Assembly (NCBI GenBank): GCA_041690355.1
Contig: JAWLHK010000008.1
Coordinates: 71,374 to 135,373, forward strand
Reading direction: 5' to 3'
Source: a bacterium
Lineage (GTDB): Bacteria > J088 > JAWLBW01
Length of the DNA: 64,000 bases
This document shows, one piece after another, positions 17,379 through 26,380 of the stretch. Every line of letters begins with the position of its first letter. The stretch's first letter is position 1. Both the position numbers and the translations under genes were made by a program. The notes under the pieces were generated by a model. That model ran no database searches and was not told the DNA's origin. It was given only the letters and a program-made list of their open reading frames with translations.

Positions 17379-20150
17379 ATGCGACGTATCGTTCTCCTGG
17401 GGTTGGCATTGGCGGCTGGCGCGTGCAGCGAGCAGACCGCAACGCATCCGGCGGCTCCCGCCGTCTCCGACGCCTTCAAATCCGACACGGCGGATGAGAA
17501 TCCGCGCATCATGTGGCAGGGGGCGGCGACGCCGGTCACCATCACCGGCGACCGGTTTCACCCCATCGCCGTCGACACGCTCCTGGCGGGCAAGCGCATC
17601 GAAGTTCCGCGGCTCTTCCTGACGGGCCCCGACCGCGTGGAACTGAGCGACGTCGTCTGGCTCGACAGCCAGACCATGGCGGCCGTCATCCCCGCCGGCA
17701 TCGACATCGAAGACCCGCGCGGATTCGCCGACTTCATGGTCGTCGCGCGCGACCCCGCCGGTGCTGAAACGAAGACGAGCGGCGCCGCCTTTCGCGTGAG
17801 CACCTTTCAGACTCCCATCGTGACCGGCGTGGCGGTGGCCGCAGGCGGCGGCGGATCGGTCTTCGAATTCTGCGGAACCACGACGACGACGACCGTACCG
17901 TTCGATTTGACCATCACGGGCGAGCACTTCGCCGCTCCGGTTACGGTCGGCTACGCGGCCGCGCTGACCGACCGCACGGCCGACATCATTCCGCTTGCCG
18001 TCAAATCGGTGACCGGAACCACGCTGGTGGCGACCGTGGCGGCCGGCGTCGCCCCGGGCACCTACGACATCCGCGTCATCAACCGTGACGAGCAGCAGGT
18101 CACTTTCCGCAACGCGTTCGAGATCCGCCTGTCGACGACCGGCTGTCCCGTCATTACCTCGGTGGTCCCCCGCTTTGTTTACCCCCCGCGGGATACTCGG
18201 ATTCAGATCACGGGCAACGGCTTCCTCACGACACCGCAGGCTTCGCTGCGTAGAGCCGATTACAGCGCCTCGGTAAGTTACGAGTCCATGATCACTTCCG
18301 GCACAGTTGTCGGCTACCTTCTCGGTGATGCGACGCGAGCCTACGGCGCCTATGACGTTATCATCCGGAACCCGAATGGAAGCGAAGCGGTCAGCCCGGG
18401 CGCGGTCCTACTTGTGGATAAGCCGCTTCCGACCGTGACAGCGGTGAACCCTGACAGTTTCCGCAGTTTCCCGGCAGACTTCATTGTTGAGGGTGCCGAC
18501 TTTGCCGACGATGTGACTCTGGGCGCCTACGACGCTTCGGGGGCCTTTTATCCGGCGGTCGTCAACTCGGTAAGCCCGACCCGGATCGAAGCCAGGTTCG
18601 ACGTTGCGTTGCCGCTCGGCACCGCCGTGACCAAGCAGTTCGTTCTGCGCGTTCACACTCAGACCGGGCAGGGCACCGTCTATACCGATTACTGGCAAAT
18701 CGTGGTGACCGGCCCTTCGGGCAATACGGACGATTTCGTGGTCGATGCCGATGTGAGCCTGCGTACCGCACGGCGTGACTTCGGTCTTGTCGGCGCGCGC
18801 GATCCGCTGGGATCCAGGTTCCTGTATGTTGCGGGCGGGAGAACGACGAACAGCCTGACACTCGACGCGGCTGATGGCCTTGATACGATTGAAATCGCCC
18901 CCATCGACGACTTCGGGCGGTTGCAGAACTTCCGTGTCAACCGCACGCGCCTTCCGAACGCCATCTTCGGGCACGGGTTGGCCGAAATCGAGGGCTGGCT
19001 CTACGTCGTCGGCGGTTACGGTCCCGCGGGCGTACTCGACTCGGTGTACAAAGCCAAGGTTCTCGACCCCCGCCAGGCCCCGGAAATCCGCTCGCTGGCG
19101 GCAGGAACGGGAGGAACCCTCGAACCCGGCAGCTGGCTTTATCAGGTCAGCGCCGTACTCGCGGCCGGCGATCCGGACAACCCCGGCGGCGAGACACTCC
19201 CGAGTATCTCGGTAGGCTTCCAGGTGCCGGCGACGGGGAGCGTGAATCTATCGTGGACGGCCGTTCCCAACGCCGACAAGTATCGCATCTATCGAACCGA
19301 TTCGCCGAACGTCATCGGACAGGCGACGCACCTGGTGGCTGAAATACCGGCTGCGGCCTGCAGCCCGTGCACCTATACCGATGACGGCGACGCGGCAGGT
19401 ACCGTGGAGCCGCTGGAGCCGGGTTCACTCGGCACATGGCAAGCGGCAGGCAACCTGGCACAGCCTCGCGCGTTCCATGCCACGGCGGTCGGTCGCGATA
19501 TCGCCGGCAACGCTGTCCTCGTTGCCCTCGGCGGCCTGGACGACGACGGAGCCACCATCCTGAATACGTACGACTATGCCGCACTCGCCGCAGGAGCGGA
19601 TGTTGTCTTTGCCACTGCGACGACGACCATGGCCAGTGCGCGCGTATTTCCGGCCGCTGCGGTGGCTACGCCTCAGAACGTATTGCCGGCCAATCTGCCG
19701 ACAGGGGCAGATGAGGTCTGTGCTGCCGGCGGAGCAACAACGCTGGCGGCCGGACTGGGTAACGCGCAGCGCCTGCGAGACATGGAATGCGGCCCCATTG
19801 AAAACGGCTCCATTCCGTCGTTCACCCAGACCGGCGGCAACACGCTGCTCAGCAACAGCACCTTGGGGACGGGCGCCCTGTATGCGTCGAACGTATTCTT
19901 CCAGATTGGCGGCTCACAGCAGGTGGCTCCGACCACGGCGGCTCTGTCGACTGCGGTCACTTCGGGGCTGCTTTCCGATCCCGGAAACGGTTCCATCGCA
20001 GCGAACCCGAACGCCAATCCCAACCTAAACGCCGCCCGCGGATTCTTCGGCTACACCCGCTTCAATGCCCGCATCTTCGTGATAGGCGGTGTGCGAGACG
20101 AAAACGGAACTGCCGCGCTTACCAACACGGTCGAATGGGTCGATTTCTAA
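17379..20150 (+). CDS. Large surface lipoprotein with tandem IPT/TIG-like domains and a Kelch-like propeller
   Basis: Lipobox LAAGAC; repeated P.ITSV.P...ITGxxF...PGxYDx.V.N segments; Kelch-type motifs LYVAGG, LYVVGG, LVALGG, IFVIGG. Confidence 0.75.
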   Translation: MRRIVLLGLALAAGACSEQTATHPAAPAVSDAFKSDTADENPRIMWQGAATPVTITGDRFHPIAVDTLLAGKRIEVPRLFLTGPDRVELSDVVWLDSQTMAAVIPAGIDIEDPRGFADFMVVARDPAGAETKTSGAAFRVSTFQTPIVTGVAVAAGGGGSVFEFCGTTTTTTVPFDLTITGEHFAAPVTVGYAAALTDRTADIIPLAVKSVTGTTLVATVAAGVAPGTYDIRVINRDEQQVTFRNAFEIRLSTTGCPVITSVVPRFVYPPRDTRIQITGNGFLTTPQASLRRADYSASVSYESMITSGTVVGYLLGDATRAYGAYDVIIRNPNGSEAVSPGAVLLVDKPLPTVTAVNPDSFRSFPADFIVEGADFADDVTLGAYDASGAFYPAVVNSVSPTRIEARFDVALPLGTAVTKQFVLRVHTQTGQGTVYTDYWQIVVTGPSGNTDDFVVDADVSLRTARRDFGLVGARDPLGSRFLYVAGGRTTNSLTLDAADGLDTIEIAPIDDFGRLQNFRVNRTRLPNAIFGHGLAEIEGWLYVVGGYGPAGVLDSVYKAKVLDPRQAPEIRSLAAGTGGTLEPGSWLYQVSAVLAAGDPDNPGGETLPSISVGFQVPATGSVNLSWTAVPNADKYRIYRTDSPNVIGQATHLVAEIPAAACSPCTYTDDGDAAGTVEPLEPGSLGTWQAAGNLAQPRAFHATAVGRDIAGNAVLVALGGLDDDGATILNTYDYAALAAGADVVFATATTTMASARVFPAAAVATPQNVLPANLPTGADEVCAAGGATTLAAGLGNAQRLRDMECGPIENGSIPSFTQTGGNTLLSNSTLGTGALYASNVFFQIGGSQQVAPTTAALSTAVTSGLLSDPGNGSIAANPNANPNLNAARGFFGYTRFNARIFVIGGVRDENGTAALTNTVEWVDF

Positions 20151-20160
20151 GGAGGGCAAC

Positions 20161-20853
20161 GTGAGAATCGTATTCAGCGCATTTCTGGCCATGGTCTCCT
20201 TGCTCGTTCTTCCGGTGTCGGCGTTGTCGCAGGGAACCCCGGCACCCAAGCCGCGGACGCAACCGCGTCAACAGACGGCCGAACAGATCGGCGTCGACGA
20301 CACGAAGGATCTCCCGTCGGCGATTACCCTCGGGCTCCGCGCCGGTCTGAATTCCCCCTCCGACGAGCTGAGCTCCGGCTTTGTTCCCGATGTGGATCTC
20401 GGCTACCGCTGGAGCTTCGGCACATGGGCGATCGAGCCCGCCGTCGGCTGGCAGATGTGGAGCGGCGACGCCGAGGGGACGCTGACGTCTCCGCAGATCC
20501 CCGCCGGATCGGGCGCGTACACCCAGGAGCTCGACGCCACGGTTATCGAGGGGCGCGTGCGCGGCTGGTACCACTTCGGCAAGTACGGGAGCGCGCTGCT
20601 CGGCGTACACCTCGGCGCCGTGAACACCGACACGACGCAGACCAGCTTCGGCGTGCAGCGCGACGAGTCGGGGGGCGAGCTGACCTGGGCGATCATGGCC
20701 GGCTACGCGTACTCCATCCCCGCGGCCTACGGCAACGTGCAGGTGCAGGTGGGCTGGCGCGACGCGCCCGTCGACTACCTGACCACCGGCGCGGCGAACG
20801 TGAGCGGCCTGCAGGCGTTTCTGGGGTGGCAGGTGGCGTACCCGGTTCCGTGA
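20161..20853 (+). CDS. Outer-membrane beta-barrel protein (OmpA/OmpW-like size)
   Basis: Signal peptide, then alternating amphipathic strands with aromatic girdle residues (LGYRW, GWYHF, AGYAY, LGWQV); RBS AAGGAGG. Confidence 0.7.
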   Translation: MRIVFSAFLAMVSLLVLPVSALSQGTPAPKPRTQPRQQTAEQIGVDDTKDLPSAITLGLRAGLNSPSDELSSGFVPDVDLGYRWSFGTWAIEPAVGWQMWSGDAEGTLTSPQIPAGSGAYTQELDATVIEGRVRGWYHFGKYGSALLGVHLGAVNTDTTQTSFGVQRDESGGELTWAIMAGYAYSIPAAYGNVQVQVGWRDAPVDYLTTGAANVSGLQAFLGWQVAYPVP

Positions 20854-20954
20854 GTGAGCAGCGGCGACGAAAGCCGGACTGGGGAGACTGGGGGACTGGG
20901 GGGACCGATGTGCACTCCCGGCATTCCTGGAAATCGCGGAGGGCGGCGGAAGGC

Positions 20955-21010
20955 AGCCTCCTCGCTGTCGGCGCTTCCCCTGGTCGCGCCCGTCAGCTCA
21001 GGACGGGAAT
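20955..21010 (+). repeat. Partial REP-like element, second subtype
   Basis: ctcgctgtcggcgcttcccctggtcgcgcccgtcagctcaggacggga, similar to 5389-5447. Confidence 0.65.
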
Positions 21011-21053
21011 TGGTCGGCCAAGGCGAGGGCCCGGTGTCCTCTTCGGCAAATCG

Positions 21054-21201
21054 TCAATTTGGTGCGCCCCCTCGCTGTCGCGCTCCTCTCTGTTCGGCGC
21101 CGTCAGCTCGGGACGAACGGATAAGTAAGCACCAAGCGCCGAGCGTCAAGCGCTGATCGGCAAGGACGAGGGTGCCCCCTGTCCTTTCCGGCAAATCGTC
21201 A
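21054..21201 (+). repeat. 148-bp direct repeat, copy 2
   Basis: Near-identical to 17171-17318; followed by an AATCGT heptamer array to about 21226. Confidence 0.85.
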
Positions 21202-21238
21202 TTCGTCAATCGTAAATCGTCAATTGTATAATGTGCGG

Positions 21239-22570
21239 ATGGAACGCGACGACCTGTTCTCCATCGCCGAGCGCGCCGCCGGCAATCCGAATGCGCCGCT
21301 GGCCGAACGGATGCGCCCGCGCAAGCTCGACGACGTCGTCGGCCAGGATCACCTTCTCGCCGACGGCAGCTTCCTGCGCCGCGCCATCGCGCTCCCCGTA
21401 CTCCCCTCCCTCATCCTCTGGGGGCCGCCCGGGACCGGCAAGACGACCCTGGGCCGCCTGATCGCCGAGGCCCACGGCGACGTCTTTCTGGCCGTGAGCG
21501 CCGTGCTGAGCGGCGTGAAGGATCTGCGCGAGGCCATCGAGGAGGCGAAACGGCTCGCCCGCTCGGGAAAGCGCACCGTCGTCTTCGTCGACGAAATCCA
21601 TCGCTTCAACAAGGCGCAGCAGGATGCCCTGCTCCCGCACGTCGAGAGCGGAACGATCACGCTCATCGGCGCGACGACCGAGAACCCGAGCTTCGAGGTC
21701 AACTCGGCGCTCCTCTCCCGCTCCCGCGTCCTCCAGCTCAAGCTGCTCGACGAAGATGCCCTGAAGGCCATCGTCCTGCGCGCGCTCACCGATGACGAAC
21801 GGGGCCTCAAGGGCGCTGCCGGAGACATCGAAGAAGTCGCGCTGACCGTTCTCGTGCAGCTCGGGGGCGGCGACGCGCGGCGCACGCTGAATTCCCTGGA
21901 AATCGCAAAGGCGACCGCGCAGGGGCGGCCCATCACGCGGGCCGACGTCGAGCAGGCCGTGCAGCAGCGCACCGCCTATCACGACGCCAGCGGCGACCTG
22001 CACTTCGACCTGGCGAGCGCCCTCATCAAGTCGATGCGCGGGAGCGATCCCGACGCGGCCCTCTACTATCTGGCCCGGATGATCGAAGGAGGCGAAGATC
22101 CCCTCTTCATCGCGCGCCGCCTCGTCATCTTCGCGAGCGAAGACGTGGGCAACGCCGATCCGATGGGGCTGCTCGTGGCGAACGCCGTGAAGGACGCGGT
22201 GCACTTCGTGGGCATGCCCGAAGCGCGCATCTCGCTCGCGCAGGCGGTGACCTATCTCGCCTCGACGCACAAGTCGAACGCGAGCTACACGGGCATCAAC
22301 CAGGCGCTGGCCGACGTGCAGCGGCTGCCGCCCTATCCGATTCCGCTGCACATCCGCAACGCCCCGACGCAGCTCATGAAGGACATGGGCTACCACGCGG
22401 GGTACGTCTATCCGCACGATCAGCCGCAGTCGTTCGTTCCCGACGCCGTCTACCTTCCCGAAGAGATCAAGGGGAACACGTACTATTCCCCGAAGGAGTA
22501 CGGACGCGAGGGACAGTTCCGCGAGCGGCTCGAGCGTCTTCGCGCCTTGCGCAGGGAGCCGAAGAAATGA
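21239..22570 (+). CDS. rarA: Replication-associated recombination protein A (AAA+ ATPase)
   Basis: PLAERMRP, Walker A WGPPGTGKTT, FVDEIHRFNKAQQD, GATTENPSFEVNSALLSR, SALIKSMRGSDPDAA, ASEDVGNADP. Confidence 0.95.
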   Translation: MERDDLFSIAERAAGNPNAPLAERMRPRKLDDVVGQDHLLADGSFLRRAIALPVLPSLILWGPPGTGKTTLGRLIAEAHGDVFLAVSAVLSGVKDLREAIEEAKRLARSGKRTVVFVDEIHRFNKAQQDALLPHVESGTITLIGATTENPSFEVNSALLSRSRVLQLKLLDEDALKAIVLRALTDDERGLKGAAGDIEEVALTVLVQLGGGDARRTLNSLEIAKATAQGRPITRADVEQAVQQRTAYHDASGDLHFDLASALIKSMRGSDPDAALYYLARMIEGGEDPLFIARRLVIFASEDVGNADPMGLLVANAVKDAVHFVGMPEARISLAQAVTYLASTHKSNASYTGINQALADVQRLPPYPIPLHIRNAPTQLMKDMGYHAGYVYPHDQPQSFVPDAVYLPEEIKGNTYYSPKEYGREGQFRERLERLRALRREPKK

Positions 22571-24237
22571 ACCCCGTACCGCACGTCAGCACCCGGGCGC
22601 TGGCCGAGTGGGCCGCCTCGGTCACGTTCGCCGATATTCCACCGCGCATCGTGCGCATCGCCCGCGCGCAGGCCGCCAGCGTCTTCGCGTCCTCGCATGC
22701 CGCGCTGGAAACCGAAGACGCGCACCAGGTGCTCACCGCACTGCGCAAGCACGCGCCCGCGGGGAACAGCCCCGTGCTCGCGACGGGCGAGACGTTCCAC
22801 CTCGATTCCGCCCTGCTGGCCAACTGCGCCCTCGGCATGGCGCTCGATTACGACGACTACCTCTTCATGGGACACACCGGCCACTCGGCGGTGTGGACGG
22901 CCTGGCTCGTGGGCCTGCAGACGGGCGCTTCTGTCGACGAGATTCTCACGGCGCAGATCGTGGCCAACGAAATCGGCGGGCGCATCGGGGCCGCGTGCAT
23001 CCTCGGTCCGCAGAACGGTCAGCTGTGGAGCCACATCCACCTGGCCGGCGCGGCGCTCGCGGCCGGACGCCTGTTCCACCTGAACGCGGAGCAGATGACG
23101 CACGCCCTCGGCATCGCCTTCGCGCAGCCGAACTACGGCCTCTTTCCCGGCTTCATGGGGCCGGGCTCGAAGCTGCTCACGGCGGCGACGCCCACGCTCA
23201 CGGGGCTGCATGCGGCCCGCTTCGCCGAAGCCGGCCTCACGGGGAACACGGCCATCCTCGAAGACGGCAAAGGATTCCTGCGCCATTTCTCGTACCGGCC
23301 GATCCCGAGCATGCTGAGCGGACTCGGCCGCGCGTGGCTGACCGACACCCTCGCCATCAAGCCGTATCCGGGATGCGCCTACATCGATACGGCCATCGAT
23401 ACGGTTCTGCGCATGCGCGAGCGGATTCTCGCCGATCGGGGCGGATTCGACGCCGAGGCGGTAGAGTCGATCCGCATCGACGCTTCGCTGCTCACGACCG
23501 AGATGAACCGGCTGAGCACCGAGCATCTGGATGAAGACAATCTGCTGCCCGTGAACATCAACTTCAACATCCCCATCAACGTGGCCCTCGCGCTGCTCGA
23601 AGGGGAATTGACGGCGCGCGTGCTCTCTGACGAGCACCTACGGCGCCGGCGCGACGTTCTGGTTCCCCTCAGCCGCAAGGTCGACCTGCATCACGAATGG
23701 AGCCACACGCTCGCCCTGCTCGACGATCTGCATGCGACGTTGGGTGTCCAGCGCTTCTTCCACGGCTTCACACGCAGCGAGGCCCGCTGGGTGGCCGCCC
23801 GGGCGAAGCGGGATCTGGGGCACAATGCCTTCGAGGCGGGCGAGATCGGCCGTCTGCTGAAGGCCGTGCTGCGCGACCGCCCGGCGTTTCTGCGCACGCT
23901 CCTTCCGGGGCGGAAGCGTGGAGCGGCGTCGGTCACCCTCGACGACGCCGACTTCAGCCGCGTGCGCCTCCCCTTCGCCGCGCGGGTGACCGTCCGCTTT
24001 CAGGACGGCGCGACCTATACGGACGAGAGCCGGCTCCCCCGCGGGGCCGCGGCCAACGGCGACCTCGAGGCGGTGGCGCAGGAGAAGCTTCTGCGCGAGC
24101 TTACCTTCACGTGCGGAACCGAACAGGCCGGCCGCGCCTGGGATCTGCTCGCGAATGCCGAACGCTACGGCGCCCGGGCCGTTCTGGCCGGTCTTACCGT
24201 GCCACTGGCCAACGAGGCCGGACGTCCGGTAAACTGA
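22567..24237 (+). CDS. MmgE/PrpD family protein
   Basis: LDYDD, AQIVANE, IKPYPGC, C-terminal LPRG; ATGA overlap with the rarA stop. Confidence 0.82.
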   Translation: MNPVPHVSTRALAEWAASVTFADIPPRIVRIARAQAASVFASSHAALETEDAHQVLTALRKHAPAGNSPVLATGETFHLDSALLANCALGMALDYDDYLFMGHTGHSAVWTAWLVGLQTGASVDEILTAQIVANEIGGRIGAACILGPQNGQLWSHIHLAGAALAAGRLFHLNAEQMTHALGIAFAQPNYGLFPGFMGPGSKLLTAATPTLTGLHAARFAEAGLTGNTAILEDGKGFLRHFSYRPIPSMLSGLGRAWLTDTLAIKPYPGCAYIDTAIDTVLRMRERILADRGGFDAEAVESIRIDASLLTTEMNRLSTEHLDEDNLLPVNINFNIPINVALALLEGELTARVLSDEHLRRRRDVLVPLSRKVDLHHEWSHTLALLDDLHATLGVQRFFHGFTRSEARWVAARAKRDLGHNAFEAGEIGRLLKAVLRDRPAFLRTLLPGRKRGAASVTLDDADFSRVRLPFAARVTVRFQDGATYTDESRLPRGAAANGDLEAVAQEKLLRELTFTCGTEQAGRAWDLLANAERYGARAVLAGLTVPLANEAGRPVN

Positions 24238-24268
24238 AGGTTTCCTGTTTTCCTCCTGGGGACCGTCT

Positions 24269-24835
24269 ATGCAGAAGAATGCGAACGACCTTCGTATCGG
24301 CGAAACGATTATTTTCAACGGCGAGCCGTACCGCCTGACCAACGTGCAGCACCTCACGCCGGGCAACCTGCGCGCCATGGTGCAGACGAAGATGAAGCAC
24401 GTGAAGACGGGGGTGAACGCCGAGCACCGCTTCCGCTCCGACGAAAAGGTCGAGAAGGCGCACATGGAGCAGCAGGAGGTCGAGTTCCTCTATGACCAGG
24501 GGGGCGAGGAGTACGTCTTCATGAACACCGAGACGTACGATCAGATTTCCTTCACGAAGGATCAGCTCGGCGACAACGTGCTCTACCTGCTGCCGAACAC
24601 GAAGTTCCACCTCGAGCTCTTCGACGGCTCGCCGGTCGGCATCACGCCGCCGATGGTCATGGAGTTCACCGTGACCGACACGACGCCGCAGCTCAAGGGG
24701 GCCACGGCCTCCAACTCGCCGAAGCCCGCCACGCTCGAAACCGGCCTCGTCGTGACCGTGCCGAACTTCGTCGAGACCGGCGAGAAGATCCGCATCGACA
24801 CCCGCGAGAACAAGTACATCGAGCGGGCGAAGTAA
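24269..24835 (+). CDS. efp: Translation elongation factor P
   Basis: ANDLRIG, FLY....YVFMNTETYDQ, KGATAS..PKPATLETG...VP.FVE.GEKIRIDTR...YIER. Tip loop reads TPGNLRA. Confidence 0.96.
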   Translation: MQKNANDLRIGETIIFNGEPYRLTNVQHLTPGNLRAMVQTKMKHVKTGVNAEHRFRSDEKVEKAHMEQQEVEFLYDQGGEEYVFMNTETYDQISFTKDQLGDNVLYLLPNTKFHLELFDGSPVGITPPMVMEFTVTDTTPQLKGATASNSPKPATLETGLVVTVPNFVETGEKIRIDTRENKYIERAK

Positions 24836-24979
24836 CGAGTCGAGCGTCTGGAGTCGAGCGTCGTGAGTCAGCACGCTCGAGTCGTCAAGTCTGCGGTCCG
24901 CAGTCTCCAGTCAGGACAGGGTGGACTGCGGAAGGCAGCTTCCCACCCGACCTTCCGGGATATTGGGTCCCCCCTCGGG

Positions 24980-26357
24980 CTAAAGATCATACACATCTCT
25001 GGACACGAATCGTCGGTTCTGATCCCATGTAGTGCACACGCGCTATGGGGTCTCCATGTCAGCCTTCGACTTCGTCGGTGATTTTCGATATTCGCGCCTG
25101 GTCGACAGGCGTCTTGAAAACCGTTTGATTCATATCGCCGATAGGCTTCGTAGCGATCCATCATTAAGCTTTCCGGCTGCGATGAAATCCAGTGACCTCG
25201 AGGGAGCGTACCGGTTTATCAGGAACGAACGGGTATCACTACCGGAAATTCTGTCCGGGCACTACTCACAGACAAGGGCCCGCGCAGCGGGCCAGAGCAG
25301 CCTGCTTGTCCTCCACGACACCACCGACGTCAACAGCGCGTCCGTTGATTTTCGTTGCCATGTGTCGCTGGCCGTGGAGCTTGAAAACCGAGTCCCATTG
25401 GGATTAGCGAGCGTGATCCCGAGCCCTCGAGGTGCGCACGAGAAGAAGGCTGAAGGCGCTGCAAGTGAACAGCTCCGTTGGCTGGAAGGAGTCAAGGCGT
25501 CCGAAAGGTGCCTCGACAGACGAGCCATTCACGTGATGGATCGCGAGGGCGACGACGGCAAGCTCCTTTTTGAACTCATTTCCTCGCAGTGCGCCTTTGT
25601 TATTCGGGGAAGAATCGATCGTCGCATCGCTGGCGATGACAAGCGCGTCTCCACAGCGCTCTCCCGTGCGAAAGTTGCGGCAGAGCGGGAGATTGAATTA
25701 CCGAGTCGGAGAAAATCCGGTAACAAGGAGGACCAGAAGGCCCATCCACCCCGCGACGCCCGATTGGCCACCCTTTCGATTGCCGCGACCAGTGTCGAGC
25801 TCGAAACGACGAGCGGTCGGATTCCGGTGAATATTGTTTGCGTGACGGAGGTGAATGCACCGGACGACGTAAAGCCCGTGGAGTGGCTGCTCTACAGCAC
25901 GGAGAGTATTTCGACGCCGGAGGCGATGCTGCGAATCGTCGACATATACCGTGCGCGGTGGATAGTGGAGGAGTATTTTAAAGCATTGAAAACCGGCTGC
26001 CAGCTGGAGAAGCGGCAGCTCGAATCGTATGAGAACATGCTGGTTGCCTTGGGCATCTTTGTACCCATGGCGCTGCAAATGCTGACACTACGCACCCTCG
26101 CCCGCATCGGAGGCGACCGGCCGGCTTCAGAGGTGCTGAATCCAACGCAGCTCGAAATTCTACGAGTCCTTCCAAGAACGGCGAACCTCCCGCTTAAGAC
26201 CGTGCAGGATGCCTTGACGACCGTCGCGTCATTGGGTGGGCACCTGAAACAAAATGGGCTTCCAGGGTGGCTCACAATAGGGCGCGGACTGGAAAAACTA
26301 CACGATTACGAACTGGGCTGGCTGTTAGCCAGGCCAAAAGATGTGATCAATGCTTAG
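24980..26357 (+). mobile_element. IS4-family (IS50/Tn5-like) insertion sequence, 1378 bp
   Basis: 19-bp ends CTAAAGATCATACACATCT (24980-24998) and AGATGTGATCAATGCTTAG (26339-26357); 9-bp target duplication CCCCTCGGG at 24971-24979 and 26358-26366; lower GC3 than flanking genes. Confidence 0.93.
25056..26357 (+). CDS. IS4-family transposase (Tn5-like DDE)
   Basis: GAYRF, LHDTT (D), MDREGD (D), YRARWIVEEYFKALK (YREK motif with E), LGGHL..NGLPGW. The stop codon lies inside the right end. Confidence 0.95.
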   Translation: MSAFDFVGDFRYSRLVDRRLENRLIHIADRLRSDPSLSFPAAMKSSDLEGAYRFIRNERVSLPEILSGHYSQTRARAAGQSSLLVLHDTTDVNSASVDFRCHVSLAVELENRVPLGLASVIPSPRGAHEKKAEGAASEQLRWLEGVKASERCLDRRAIHVMDREGDDGKLLFELISSQCAFVIRGRIDRRIAGDDKRVSTALSRAKVAAEREIELPSRRKSGNKEDQKAHPPRDARLATLSIAATSVELETTSGRIPVNIVCVTEVNAPDDVKPVEWLLYSTESISTPEAMLRIVDIYRARWIVEEYFKALKTGCQLEKRQLESYENMLVALGIFVPMALQMLTLRTLARIGGDRPASEVLNPTQLEILRVLPRTANLPLKTVQDALTTVASLGGHLKQNGLPGWLTIGRGLEKLHDYELGWLLARPKDVINA

Positions 26358-26380
26358 CCCCTCGGGGGACGACAGGGGGG

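Noticed and set aside
24980-24998. Possible Nextera/Tn5 adapter contamination (ATACACATCT)
   Set aside because: Only the inner 10 nt match. It pairs with a right end, flanks a transposase and has a perfect 9-bp target duplication.
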